Source: Bugula neritina (Eukaryota > Animalia > Bryozoa). From it: a DNA stretch of 64,000 nucleotides. The notes under the pieces are model-generated. The model saw nothing but the letters and a program-made list of their open reading frames with translations, had not been told where the DNA came from and searched no databases. The stretch spans positions 31,362,773 through 31,426,772 of the forward strand of contig OZ037766.1 of NCBI GenBank assembly GCA_964035545.1, read 5' to 3'. This document shows, piece after piece, positions 35,277 through 50,300 of this stretch (its first letter is position 1; every line of letters begins with the position of its first letter). Both the position numbers and the translations under genes were made by a program.

Positions 35277-38200
35277 ATGGCAGATGAAAATAGTAAAATA
35301 AGATGGCTCCCTTTAGAATCAAACCCTGAGGTACAGTAAAAGTTAAACCCGAACTCCAACTTGTTCATGTTGTACTTGTAGTCTTGTACTTGTAGACTAG
35401 ACCTAGTTGTACTTCACTACTTGTACTTGTAGTTAAGTAGTAGTTCTAGTTGTAGTACTAGTTGCACTTGTGTAGTTATCAATAAGAGTAAGTCTAATCA
35501 GTAATTACTATGATTATGACTATGACTCTGACTACAGTACTAGTATCACTATCAGTATCGGCATAGGCTGATTATCATTATGACTTACACTAACTAAAGT
35601 AGAACTATAAGTATAGTCTATAACTATAAGTATAATAGTATAATAAGAAGTTACGGCTTTAAATATCGATATGGATTAAATGAAGACTAAGTCTCAAGCA
35701 ATTGCTGCAAAATATCAATTTGAATTTTTTTATTCAACTTTAGCATAAGTATATGATTATGACCATTACATATTGATATTGATATTTATTATGGTTGTGA
35801 CAATTGAATCAGATTATCATGAAAAAAGTTATCATCATTTTTAAGTTTTAATTATTGGACTGTTATGATAATGGCTGGCTAATATTAATGAATTATTTAG
35901 TTGTTAGGCCAAAAGCTTAAGAAATTTTTTTTTTATATTTTATAAAAATGTTAATATTAAGTTAAATTATTATTATAATCGTATTGATTTTCTTATAAAG
36001 TTTTAGTTTGTGTTTGTAATTTTGTACTGAATACTAAAGTAGACATTTATGCTTTATCAATGTTGATAGTTAACTATCATTACTATTTAACTTTTAATGT
36101 CTGTGCACCAATAAAAGCTGTATGATTATCAATTATCATTACTACTGAGTGCTGACACAGAAACTGTACCATACATGCATATTTTAGGTTATGAACAAAT
36201 ATATAGAGAACTTGGGTGCATCATTATCCTGGGGATTTCATGATGTATTTGGTTTTGATCCTGAGTTGCTGATGATGGTTCCTAGACCGGTTGCAGCAGT
36301 TATGTTGCTCTACCCCATTACAGAAAAGGTATTTCTAAACATCAGCAGCACACCACACATGGGTTTTCTGCAATATATGCAATATGCATCATGACTTCAC
36401 AGTGTATGTTTTTGACGCAGTCAATTAGGAGTTGTCGGTTTTGTCAAGCTTTTGTCAAGCTTTACTTGTATCTATGCCAGTGATAAAAAGGCTATTCAAA
36501 GAATTCTCAAAGATTGCTCAAAACTCGGAATTAAGTATCTAAACATTGATTTGCACATTCAGAAACTCACTAAAGAACTTGCCATCAAATATATAACAGA
36601 CAATGACCATTTCATCAATAACTTTCTTAGTCAATGCCCTTCTGGAAGATATCGAACCATCAAATATAGAGGGGCATGGGGCAGAGATAGCTTCTTGCGA
36701 CATCTTGTAAATACTTTAAAGGAGCTTTTATTTTAAATAATCCAACAGAGTTTTGATTTTTTCTCTTATTTTTGTTCATTCCTACTTATTATAGCCAGTA
36801 TTTACACTGAATTTTGCAACGTGTTGTCATGTTTGTGATATGTAATAAATCAATCAATCAATCAATCAATGATTAGAAGGTTTAATTGCATCTCAAAACT
36901 CAATATTTTTATACAGTCAGAGTCGGAGATGATTGGAGTCCCAGAAGATAACGAAAACTTATATTTTATGCGTCAAACCGTGGGCAATGCCTGCGGAACT
37001 GTTGGAATTATCCATGCTTTGGCCAATAGCAGATCACAGATTCCACTAGATGGTACAGTTTATAGCTAATTTCTATTCTTCTATGGTTACTTATTTATTT
37101 ATCTCTTTCAAATTTCAATGTTTTCTAGTATGTCATTACTTGATGTTTTTTTACAACATTTTCAAAACTTTTTATACGTAGCTAGCTTTTAAATTTATCC
37201 TTTGAAAAATGTGGATTCATCTTTCTTTATAATTCAATCTAACTTAGTCAATATCAACATAGAAGGAATGGAAAATATCATTAGCATTCATATATATATT
37301 TATTTGGAAACCTTTCCCTTGTAATTATAAAAATCTTCTATTTCAAATCTGTATATAGGTAGTGGCATTTTTATTTAATAGTTATATATGTCTGATATGT
37401 TGTGCATTTGATATGCTGTATATATTATTTTGTATATTAGATATGGGCACATTCTATATTACTTATAATTATAGAATCTAAACCTTTAGCTGCATTCCTG
37501 GAGTCTAGTAAAGAACTTGACAGGGACGCTCGAGCTACAGCTCTTGGAAAAGATGAAAGCATCGGTTGGTGTATAGGAGATATACTCAAGTCTGCTGCTT
37601 ACAAACTTTCTAAACAGAGAAAACAGTTGCATTTAAGTAGGGCAAAGCATATGGAGGTTTCCAGCGCTTTGGGTTTGTAGAGCGTGGTGTAAGGAGTGTG
37701 TAGTACCTTACTCTGTGGCGTGACTCATTTCTATAATTTTAGTTTAGCTTCCAGAACCATCTTGTATTTCTCTCAACTCAACTCCAAATTGATGCTAACC
37801 GGTCGGTGGCTTATATCTTAAACTGCTTTCTACTTCTTAGCTAGAATGTTGAATTAATGTTGCTTGGACCTCCTTTTTCTTTCCATGATGATTTTCAAGA
37901 CTTGTATTACTTGCTTTAAAGTTTAGCCTTGACCTGTGACAACAAATCTACCCACTGTTTATGCACAGGTGCTGCCCATGGCTCCTCGGCCCTAGAAGGC
38001 CAAACGGCAGCCCCTGATATTAATGAGAAAGTGAATCTTCATTTTGTCGCCTTCATACATGCAAATGGGGGTCTTTACGAAATGGACGGCCGCAAAGAAA
38101 AGCCCATAAGACATGGGAACACAACTGCTGATACATTGTTAGAGGCAAGTTGTACAGCAAATTTCTTTTCCAAGTTTTTAAAATTGTCCAACAAATTGTC

Positions 38201-38558
38201 ACTATTGATCAGATCTCAGCTTCTAGCCTAAAAATGTGACCCCAACTTCTATTATATGGTTGAATGATATCCAAATTTACATGTAAATGGGGAGGCAATT
38301 CTTGTGATAGGTGTCATTTTTTAAATAATTGCAATATCCCTGTAATTTGTGTATGCACGAATATGTAGTTTTATTATCCATTTTGATAGTAATGCAGTGT
38401 TGAAAAGTTGTGTTTAGGCTAATCTGATAATTTACATTTCAGTTTGAACTAATACTTATTTTGTGCTATTTTAGGACACAGCAGAAGTAGTTAAGAAGTT
38501 CATGGCGAGAGATCCTAGTCAAATCAACTTTACCGTCACAGCTCTAGCTTCTAATTAG
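35277..38558 (+). CDS. UCHL3: Ubiquitin C-terminal hydrolase, UCHL3/UCHL1 type (peptidase C12), 226 aa
   Basis: Exons 35277-35330 ([10 protein letters not shown]), 36188-36328, 36917-37052 (QTVGNACGT, catalytic Cys), 37475-37564, 37969-38144 (HFVAF...LYEMDGR, catalytic His/Asp; GC donor) and 38475-38558. Total 681 nt, open frame. Confidence 0.93.
36400..36870 (+). mobile_element. 5'-truncated non-LTR retrotransposon 3' end in UCHL intron 2
   Basis: ORF end [20 protein letters not shown]...[11 protein letters not shown] resembles the H...PSGRRYR...NSF C-terminus of Rex-Babar/L2-group ORF2. It is followed by AATAAA and an (AATC)n tail. Confidence 0.6.
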
Positions 38559-38815
38559 GCATTCAGTTGCTCATTGGCTGTTAACTCATGCAGCATTTCC
38601 TCTTTTTTCTATTTATAACAACTCACACATCACCACATTGTTACCATTTCATGCTTTATATTTACTTCTGCAAGCAATTACTTTCACTCAATATATAACT
38701 ATGAGCTGCATTTATTGTTTATATAAAGATGTATATTGTTGATCACAGTATAAAATATATATGTACAAATAAACACATTAACCAAATCAATTTCATAGAG
38801 CCTCATATCAACAGG

Positions 38816-39567
38816 CTAAACTTTACTCTCAGCTTGTTTTTCCACATGTTTTTGGAAATTAGAGTTGACTGTATCTTCAGCATAGTTTGTGCCATGACAT
38901 AGTCTACCAGTAATTGGGTCAATCACAGCTCCGTGTTTAAATATAATTTCCTTCACTTTGTGAGTAATCAAATGGCCTTGTGGCTTCACCATCTGTGATA
39001 TTAGAACCATGTCTCCTACACCACTGTCCAAGTGGCTATCGGCAGCTCGAAAGTCTCGCCTGAAATACAAAGTGTTCAGTAGATTTGCAACATCTGAAAC
39101 CTGTACATGTTTATATAAATCAAGCAAGTTGAGCAAATCAAGGTCTATACCACGAAAAGAACAGCAACTGTAAAAGATGATACTAATTTACTACATGATA
39201 CCGATGGTCAATGTCATAGTAGTATCATAGTAGGTATGAGTGTTTTATATTATTATATTATTGACATGAAAGTAAGAGACTCAGACTTAAGCAATGTATA
39301 ATTATATGTCAACTTTGTGATTGACTCATAGTCATTGTAGTTTTAATAGTGATTGTTATTTGATATTCATATTGAGACGTGAGGTAGTGATCACCTTTAC
39401 CTGACATTCCAGAATTTATGAAGCTTAGGATCAAGGGACAACTTCACACATCTAACTTTTCGACTGCCATCTTTTTCAATAGATTTTACTTGGCCCACCA
39501 ACATACGAGCAAATGAGCCTTTTAAGACGGCTTTATAGTCAATTCCCAACGAATTTAATTTCACCAT
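38816..39567 (-). CDS. MRPS17: Mitochondrial ribosomal protein S17 (uS17m), 136 aa
   Basis: Exons 39567-39401 and 39059-38816. MLVGQV...KVRCVKLSLDPKLHKFWNVRRDFRAAD...VGDMVLI...HKVKEIIFKHGAVIDPITG matches uS17m motifs. Confidence 0.88.
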
Positions 39568-41332
39568 TGTGATTGCTATTATAATTATTGATACTGAAAA
39601 TTTTATAACTTAAATTATATTAATATTTATTAATCTAATTCTATGACTATTGCAGTTGTTATAACTTTATTTTAAATTGATAGCCTTAATAAAACAAAAA
39701 TTAACATAGAGTTTTGATTTCGACAATACAGTTATAAGTTATAGAAGTCAGGGTCAGTATAAACCATAAAAAGATAAATAACGGCAAACTTATACTAGAA
39801 CTTCTATGCAACTGCTCGAAAAAGATACCGGAAATTAACTAATAGAGTAATATAAATTTATTACGCTTTATTCGAGTGTACAGTTTAATCGAGCTATTCA
39901 AATGCGCGAAGGTTTATTCACAAGAGAAGAGACAACTGCTAACCTAAAACTAAACTGTCTTGTTGCTTGTATATTATTATTACTATTGTTATCAATATTA
40001 GTATTATCACTATAATGTTATTATAATTGAATTTAATCATGTTCAATTCTACAGAGTTATCTTTCCTACGACACTTTGAATAGATAAAACCGGAAACTGG
40101 GTGTGAGGTTCAAGTTGTGTATCAAAAGCAATAGTAATAATACTAATAGTTCGTAATCATTTTTGACATGGATGTAATAATAATAAGACTATAAGTATAA
40201 GTATAACTATACGATAAAGATTAACTCTCAGTATAGGGATAGTGAAACTGATAGTCTATAAGTATAAGTAACTGTAACTGTCTAGTACTACTTGTAATTA
40301 TACTGTAAATAATAACATACATGACACTGACAGTGACAGTCACAGAGTTAGAGTATCAGTATCAGTATGGCCATGGGACGGGTGATGGGTATCAGCATGA
40401 GCATGAGTATAACACTTAATAACTATATCAATATCATTATCATTATGAGTTTATCTTAAAAGTTAAAACTAAAAGTATAAATATAGTCTATAAGTATAAT
40501 TATGAGTTATTTATAATTATTAACTATAAGTATAAGTAATAAAGTATAACATTAACTATCACTAAACTATTGACTATAAGTATATCTTGAGTATAACTAA
40601 TACTATAACTTAAACTTTAAACTTTTAGTATTAATATTAGTATTACTATTACTAGTATTAGTATTACATTTACGTCTAGTTTTACATTTACGTTTAGTTT
40701 TAGTATAACTATAAGTATTAATATTTAATAAGTATTATTATCAGTATTAGTATAAGTATTACTATTAGTATAACTATAAAATTAAGTGTAACTACAAATA
40801 AAAGACCCGGGCTCAGCCTGTTTCTTATAATTATAGTAATAATTAATTTAAATTATATTTAATTTGATTGTGATATTAATAGTAATTTTTAATTTAGTAA
40901 TTATAACCAATACACTAAATTTGTACTCATACTGTGATACTGTATTAGATTTAGTATAGCTATAAGATTTTCATACTGGTACTAATACTCAGTCTCAATC
41001 TCATACTCCTAGTGATACTGATAGTCATACTGAATCAGTATCAGTAACACTAACTGATACCAGGTCTTGTACTTGTAATACTAGTACTAGTACTACTAGT
41101 AGACATTAGTAGCAATAAACATAGTAGTAGTAGTGTGTATGTTATGGCTGCGTGGTTACTTATACTTTATTTGGGAGTGTACTACTTTAAGTCATAAACA
41201 CTCTCAGTGCCTGTTTTCAAATTTCCTTCTAATAAAAGTGCTATGAAACAGAATCTTTATTTTTCACATTTTTTTAGAGGTAAATGATGGCTGTCCACTA
41301 AATTTTACTATAGTTACAATTCAGTCAGGAGA

Positions 41333-44300
41333 ATGCCCTCACCACCACCTCGAAAGGTATAGTTTTAGCAGCAGAATAATGAATTTTTTATGAATTGAAT
41401 TATTTGACGATTTTTAGACTAAAAATTTACAAAATTAATATTGTGCTAAGCTCAACAAGGAGAGCATGCAGTTTGGGTTTAAGCGTGTCATTAATATTAG
41501 AAAATAGATCTGTTGAGAAGATTATTGCTGAAATTTTACTTGCAGCGTTGTAACAGAATCAAGTGAGAAATTTTTTGCTTGTATGTGATAATCTATATGT
41601 TCGTTCCTAGGTCAAACCTGTAGTGTGGTTGAGAGATGTGCACGCTAAGCAATGCAATTCATTACAAGCCAGGGAACAACAACTCCTCGATATCATAGAA
41701 GATATTAGGTTAGTAGTTATAACTATGCTAATGTACCCAATAGCTGCTGTTAGAATTTGTTTTGGTGAGACTAGATATGTAGTCATTCTCCGTGATCTCA
41801 TATTTTACTTTGTCTGCGTTTTAGAGCTTATTCAAAGCAAAGAGCTGATGTGGAGAAACTATACTCTCAGGTAAGTTATGTTTCCTGTGATTACAATAAT
41901 TTGTCGGTTTGATAACAAATGCTCCACTGTGTATGGCTCCAGGGTCTCACAACTCCAGTCAATGTAGGTGTAGTAATGGAGAAATTGGGAAAAGCCTGTG
42001 TTCTGGATTAGAAATGTAGCATAAAATGTTATGTTTTCGAGAATTTCAACCCCAAACAAAAGTTTAACATTAACATTAAAAAACTTAGGCTATCTTAATT
42101 TCTCTACTGCTGTTCTTTAATTATCAAGTCATTTGATGAGAATATTCTATTTTGAGCAACTATAAGTATCTCCATACTTGAGGGAATAATTGTGGACTAG
42201 CAAGTTGTAAGTAGGCGCCTTTTCTAGCTAGTGCAGCCAATACTGTTTGTCTTGTAATAAAGTCCTTGTGTAGCTTGTCACTGGAGAATGTTGTTTAAAC
42301 AATCTGTCCAATGAAAGGGCAGTCTTATAATTGTTTTGACTAGCACAAAGTAAGGATATTAGCAGCAGTAGTCATGAACCTAAAAGAGCACCTCCATGAA
42401 TTGTATTATACTAATTAATTCAGCTGTGTGCCATAAGATTGTGAAATATATTAGTGTTGTGTGCTGGAAATAATATTAATTAAAACTGGCATGCTTTGTG
42501 AATACTTGCATTAAACTCTACTAAGTTCTTTGTTTAACTATTGCCAATGAACTCTGAGATAGAATCAATGACATCAGTCATAATTAGATATGGGAGGTCA
42601 TCGTGTTGTATTTAGAAATGAATTAAATTTGGAAGTTGATGAAAATTTTCAAATCGTAAGAAAAGTTTCATCCGAGTATGCTGTGTGTATACTGTGTGTT
42701 ATAATAGATGTCCCTGATTAATAAAGTTTGTCATCAAAATTTTCTCTGCCATTTTCGTAACAACCTTTGATGTAGCATGTATAATTATCTAAATGAGTCT
42801 TCTGTAGGCTGTAAAAGTCTCGCAATATGGTAAGGCAGCACTTTCAATCTATAAGCACCAGTAAGCATCAGTAAGCATCAGTAAGCATCAGTAAGCATCA
42901 GTAAGCATGTATTGCTCAAACTGGCAAGAATGAGCTAGCCTATGCTTTAAGGGCTTGCCACCAGCCTAAGTGTCTGGAATGTATATGTATAATTGTACAT
43001 GTAATAGTTTTGTTCTGTGCCAATCCCCAGCTAGATGTGTAATAGTAAATAGTAGCCCAGCTCTGTAACTGCCTTATATCATATAATAGATATTACTGAT
43101 GGGTATAAGCTTACATAAGTGATACAAGAATAAAGCTTCTTATCTCCTATCAGGAATCAAGATGATATTGTGCTAACAATACGAACACAATCCTGTATTG
43201 AAGGGCCACCTGAGTATTTCACATTCCAATCAATACACGAGCACTACTCCAATGGTGCATGTAGCCTTTTATTTATCAGACTGACAAAAACCAACTCACA
43301 ATGAAGCTAATTACTGTGATTCAACAAAGCAGTCCCAGTGAAAATTACTAGTATTGTTCCTCATACTTGCCATATGGAAATCTCTTTCACAACTTGTGCA
43401 CCTCAGTTGAGGTATTGTGTAAACTCATTCATGCTTTTACCTTATAAAAACATTGTAAAGGGGTTTGGTATTTCATTCTATGATTTAAGCTGTATGACTT
43501 CATGAATAAGTCAGTCATTCATGAAATGGGCTTGTCATTGTGACATATTGTGACATTGTGAGCTTTTTTCCTAGTAGAATTAAGTACAGTAGTAGAATAG
43601 CCACAAAAGTTTAGTTAGTGAGGGTGCTTGGAGGTGAATATATTTAATAACACACAAGGCTAAACTTTCATGGCAACAGTTAAAAAACCATGTGCTGACC
43701 AGAACACACAGTAGATCAAATTTGTGTTCGTTGCTCCTCAGTTAAATGGCTGGGGGGTGGGGTTTATTCATCCATAATTGCGACAAAAATAGTTCAATTT
43801 GATCCAGCTGTTTATGATGAGTTATTTTAACTTTTTACTTGCAGTCTTTACTAAAGTTATCTTCTCAATTTTTGGCGAAGAAAGAAATTTTTGCTATAGA
43901 GGAACAAAACCCAAATGATGACAACAGGCAAGTTTGCATTGTTACAGCATTAGCTGCAGTCAACTTCCATTTAGACTTTTTCATCTCCCAATTTTATCTG
44001 AACTCTGAAAAGGTGAACACATGTGTAGTTTGGGCATAGCCTCGGGCTTTAAGCCCCTAGTCCTGTGGAGAAATAGCCATAATTTACAGTCTACAGTGGA
44101 CACAGGTACAAGGGCTCAAGAGTTGTCCTTCCTTAGTAAACTGAGCTAACATCAGTAGGTGACTTGAAATGTAAAGTGGATGTTCAATGTCTATTTTAAA
44201 ATATTTGTATATGAATATAAATAGATACAACTGAAGCAATATTATTGGCATAATATTCTAGTTTACATAATAACCAATGTAAAGTATTGGAAACAATATT

Positions 44301-47300
44301 TTAGGCTTTTAATTGACTTCCAAAGAAATCTTGCACGCTTATTGGTTGCTTTTCTAATTCTCTGTATCTGATTGGCCGACAGGACTCTACAATCAGCATG
44401 GAGAAGCTGTCTGGAAGCAGTTGGTAAAGCTGGCAGCGTCAGATTGAAGGCTGCCGAGGTGTACGCACAGAACGTGTCGGAGAATTGCCGAGTGCTGAAG
44501 GTACACAAGGCCGCCTCCCTCAAGCGTGTAAGTATTTATTTACAAGTTCTCAGTCTATTTGATGAAATTCAAGTTTTCTCTGTGGTAGAAACTGTGATCT
44601 AGGGGTTAGGGTGCCTACTGAGTAAACACAAGGCCAGTGGTTCAATCCCCAGTGAGACCATTGGTGATGCTAGGAAGGGCATTCAGCCATGATTGCTCCT
44701 GTGCCACCATGGTTAAAAAGTAAAATCCTGCTTGAAAACCCCCTTTACATCCGGGTTCTCAGACCTGGCGACTATAAGCCCACATGAGTTTATTCAAGTA
44801 TTCCCTATAAAATATATCAGAGTAGTAGAAGTTAACGTATGCGATAGTCTGTTCAGTTGTTACCTGCAGGCCTTCGACCAACTCTCCTCCCTGCAAAGTG
44901 ACCTCGCTCAGGATGTCAAGGACTTTGGTGCTAAACTCAAGCAATACACCGACGATGAGATTCAGGCGTACGAAGCAAGAGCTAAGGCTAGCAGCGCTGA
45001 TCAGAGGTGAGACATCCTAATCCCCCCCCCGCCTTCTCCTGTAGAGTGAATGAACAGTGTCATAAGTTAGCTGTGTTCTTGTGTTGTTGTACTGCCTCAG
45101 TGAGGGGAGGGTACGAGGGCAGACTCTACATGTAATAGTGCTCCCAGTGTATCACACTTTTGTCAGCTCTTTCATACTTTTGTGGGGAAACAATGATATT
45201 CTAATTTCACCTGTCATAGTTAGAGTTACACTTGTAAGCATGGATATAGATATTTCTTGTTTTCAGGTTGAATAATAAAGACACGGGATTATTCTCTTCT
45301 GTCGGTACTCTCAAGAAATCTCAGGCAAAGGTATGTAATCTTTGCTCTTTCATATAGTGAGAGTGTGTTATACTCTTTATACTCTTTCATATAGTGAGAG
45401 TGTGTTATACTCTTTATACTCTATCATATAGTGAGAGTGTGTTATACTCTTTATACTCTATCATATAGTGAGAGTGTGTTATACTCTTTATACTCTATCA
45501 TATAGTGAGAGTGTGTTATACTCTTTATACTCTATCATATAGTGAGAGTGTGTTATACTCTTTATACTCTATCATATAGTGAGAGTGTGTTATACTCTTT
45601 ATACTCTATCATATAGTGAGAGTGTGTTATACTCTTTATACTCTATCATATAGTGAGAGTGTGTTATACTCTTTATACTCTATCATATAGTGAGAGTGTG
45701 TTATACTCTTTATACTCTATCATATAGTGAGAGTGTGTTATACTCTTTATACTCTATCATATAGTGAGAGTGTGTTATACTTTTTATACTCTATCATATA
45801 GTGAGAGTGTGTTATACTCTCCATACGCACAGTTCTGGGGGTATTGAAGTTGTTCAAACTGTTTGTATAGATTGAGGACAATAAGTCTCTCTGCTTATAT
45901 ATGTTTACCACCAGCTTTCGTCTTCAGTATTTTTATTTAGCAGTTTATAAAATTTGTAAATTCGTTAGAAAATTGCCTTTCACTTTACTCCTGGTTGTAT
46001 GGTTATTTAGATGTAATTTGTCTTTTAGCCTTGTGCCATTTTTAAAATTCCCGTTGCTACTAGATATAGCCTGTGTTCTATAACTTGATTTATTTCTCTT
46101 CCAGCTTTAAGGCAACCTATAGTGTGTATGGATTCAGTGAGTGCAACATCATTTTACTTGTTTACTGCTTACAGCTATTCCAATTTTATTTCTTGTTTCC
46201 TGTTCCTTCTCTCACTATAGGCTGATGATATGTTTCTGGTTAGCCTAAGTACCTACACAGTAGCCTCAGTGCCTATATAGTGTCGTATTTGTAGAGTCTA
46301 GCTAAGATGATGAACTGTAACGCCCAGTCATCTAGTTCGAGGAACACCTACCTGCTGGAACTCGCCGCTGTCAATGCTCATACCAGCAAGCTGCACACCA
46401 AGCACCTGCCGGCTCTCTTCAAAGTATGTATCCATATTTCCTGCTTTTCTTCTGCTAACAGTTCGGTTTACGGAACTGTTTAGTTGAATATAGAATTCAG
46501 TCGGCGTGAATGGCTCAGGTTTCATAGAGCTCCTGTCTTTTATTCAGGAGGCTGATTTCACATTTTCCTGTTTCACAATATTCTCACTTTTCTTTTACTT
46601 TAGGAACTTGTAAGTATAAACTTGTAAAAGCTAATGATTCGTTTATTTTTTATTGAATTCTTTAATTCATCCATTTATTGAGTTCACTGATTTGTGATTG
46701 AGCTATGATTTTATTGATGCGCTCCAACCCATGCTGGGTGTGAATATTATATAATGTCATGTGACAACTGTGACAGGTGGTGTAGGATGATGACATGCAG
46801 CATCATGTGACAGGTGTCCTGTGGTGGAGGAACAGAATCTAGTTGTTGCCACCACTTTAGAAATATAGATAATTTGCTCACAGAGCTAAAAGCTGATTGG
46901 CTGCATCGCGGTGGTTCACTAACTTGGTATCTCTCCACATCTCCCATTTCTTGCTATCGCACCCTATCTTAAATCTTATTGGCCTAATGTTATCTCCCTT
47001 GTCCTAGTATATTATTTCCTCTTGTCCTTCTCATCTATGATTATCTCCTCTTGTTTTATGGCTTTAATGTCTAATGTGGGAAAAGAACACATAAGAAGAA
47101 GATAAGCCTGGTTGACAGAATAATACTGCAGCTGGTTAAGATGCCCTTGTCTTTCTCTCTACCTTTACTTATCATATCTGTTATGTTATATCCATTGTCT
47201 ACGGTCTTATATGCTCTGTTATCTCTCGCATATCTGTTGTTATCTCCTCTTTCCATCATTTAATGTTCTTTCTTTTTACTCGTTCGGGAAATTGTCTTCC

Positions 47301-50300
47301 CCTTCTACAGCCTAATATAACGTCTCAATAGCCAGCGAAACTACCCCTTATGATATTTTAGAGTTTAGACGACGGTGTATACGACCAGCTCTCCTCGTGT
47401 CTCTCTACGCTCGCCCAGACGGAGATAGACTGTAACACAGAAATACAGACGCCCCACCATCAAGTGGTGTCGGACTGTGCCAAGGTCACGCCTCAGTATA
47501 ACTTAGATTGCTTTCTACAGGCTAACCCTGTATTCTCTGAACAAGTTACATTCCACTTTGAACCGGTCCAGGATGACCCCGTAAGTAGAGTTGGCTTTCA
47601 CAATAGGTCCTCGGCTACACACTGTTTTATTTTCTCTGAATTATTATTATTACATATACTATACGTAGGTAAATATTATATATACTATACGCAGGTAAAT
47701 ATCACATATGCTATACGCAGGTAAATATTACATATACTATACGCAGGTAAACTACTTAACTACTGAAAATGATGAGCAGCAGAAACTTGAGAAAACCACT
47801 CAGATGTGGGCAAGAAAAGTGGCTCGTGAGACCAAATCATTGGCGGACCTGCACGACAAAATGAACCAATTAACAAACAGAACCGGGTCTACTCAGGTAT
47901 GCGTTACGTCACGCCATCATACTGGAGTTGTTGTCTCTTTGGGAATTACCAAGGAAAATTGGCGCAAAAGATGTGACTTTTTGAAAAGATTTAATAAATA
48001 AATTAGTTTTTGCTTTTCATATACATACAACTGTTTGTTAATCAGAGTTGTGCCCTCTTTGTGGCAGCACGCTGTTATAATCCTTTTCAATGCCCTAGAA
48101 TCCTTCAACTGATATAGCCTTGGAGGCAGAGCTGTTGAAAGTGCAGACATACATAAGACGTGGTGAAATAGCTAAACTAAAAGCTGAGGCTAGACTGGAA
48201 CTACTCCGCAGTGCTGACAGTAAGTTGGTTTCTCGAAGTCAGCAGCTGTGATTATTATTGTGTGTTATTCTATAAGCCAGTTTTCTATAGACAATATAAT
48301 GCATTATGGGGGGCGGGGTGGCCGCTCTCAGCCTTTGTTAATGGAAATAAATTGGATCAGTTTTTAACTTATAGGAACTATTCTACTAGAACTTTATTGT
48401 GTCATGTTTCACCAGTTTTTAGTGAAGTATTTGGAGTTGTGTGATTCTGCAGTAACTGCTATTAGAATAACTGAGGGAATATACTGTTTGGTGTGTCACA
48501 GTGCCAGTTGACGAGATACTAACTCAGGTGACGAAGGAGCACGAGTCTATTTCCGACACTCATAGTCTCACTTCCCGGGACAGCAGTCTGCACAGCTTCG
48601 ACACCTTCGACTCCTCAGCAGACAACCTTGACACCCTGAAGAGACACAGCTACATTCCTGGCACGGTGTCCGACCCGGCCAACTGGACTTCTCTCAGCTC
48701 GCTCAATAACAACCAACAAGACAGTCTCTCCACCAATCAGGAGTCGGCTCTCTTCAGGGCTCAAGTTATATATGATTACACGGTAATATTCACTGTTGCA
48801 CTTAGAGTAATGTTTAGCAAGTTGTACTAGCTGTTGCATTGTCTCCTGTGTCAGTGTGTTAATCATTATAGCACCTAATCTTCAGCAAGTTTTTAATATA
48901 CTGTCTTTTGTACAGCAAATGGCTATCCCTTAGTGTGTCCAGGTCAGTGTAAGCAGAAGGTTTATAGCTAGGAATTTCTCTCAAATTCAATAAATGATTT
49001 GGTCGGGTGTCTTTGTGACCCACCGGTTTGTTAAAGCAGGAAGTTTTCAAGAATTTAGTGCTCCGTCCTTTTTTATAGAGCACTTTATTGCACTACAGAG
49101 CTACTTATAGCTGTGATTTCAGCCCTTGTTGTGTATGACATATATTAGATACTTTCAACTGTTTCAACTTCAAGAGTTGCAGTTTCTATATATGCTTATT
49201 CTCAGTGTTATTATACCAGCATAATGTCATGTTATTATTATAATGCAAGTCTAAATGTTGTCTCCACTGGGATGTCTTCTATGTTTATTCAATTTGATTC
49301 TTCAGGCATGTCAGCAGGATGAGTTGAGTCTAGCAGAGGGAGAAATCATCTCTATTCTAGACCATGGATCCGGGGATGGCTGGCTGAAAGTAAGCATTCC
49401 TCTATCTATATCTACAAGTATGGCTGCACTAGTACTTCCTGTCTCTCCGAGGTTTTACTCTGTCTGTGCGTCTTATGTCTGAAGTTTTCTCTCCGCAGGC
49501 GTGCAACTCCAATGGAGACATCGGAATGGTTCCCGAGAATTATATAGAGCGGTATGAAGACGTAGCCTCGCTGAACGAGAACAACAATCAGTCAGTTGAG
49601 GAAGCGGTACCCCCTCCCCCACTTCCTGTAGACTACAGTTCTCATACACCTCTACCACCATCTGTGCCCCCTCCTCCTATTGATACTCCGGTCCTGCCCC
49701 ATGTTGGTACGTTTCTCCTCATTGTTTTCAGCATTATTTAAACTTCTAAAGTATATTTATGTATTTGTATTTGCTATTTGTTATGAATGTATTTTTCTGC
49801 TATATTAACTGTTTGAATTTCCAGATTTTTATGGCCGTTTTCTCTTTTTGTCAGAAGTCTGCAAATAAATGCAACTTTAGGCCTATGACTTTATCCAAAT
49901 TAAAAAACTCAAATAATACATATAACAACTAATACTTATTAGAAATTAGGAAACACAACTGTCATTTCTTAAGAAAGCTATGTCCCTCACTCAGCATTTA
50001 ACTGACTTCCTCTTGCCCAGCACACTGATACGTTTGATCAGAAAGGCTCATGTATTTTCAATCTGACCAACAATGTCTGGTATAGCGTATGTCTTGTATA
50101 TTGTCACCCCTGTACTCTGTAGGTATAGGGTATGTCCGGGCAATATGTGACTATACGGCCGAAGGAGAAGACGAGATTTCATTTGCTGCAGGGCAGCTCA
50201 TAGTCTTACTCAGTCAGGATGAAAACGGTAAGACTAATTTATTTACAATAAATAATTGAGATTTGTCCCTTCTTGTTTGGTCATCTGATTTCTAGTGTTG

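Noticed and set aside
42808-42829. 22-nt exon-like segment (TAG|...ATG|GTAAGG) and the adjacent (CAGTAAGCAT)x5 repeat in FCHSD2 intron 3
   Set aside because: Not frame-preserving as a cassette exon. An alternative start exon is conceivable but has no further support.
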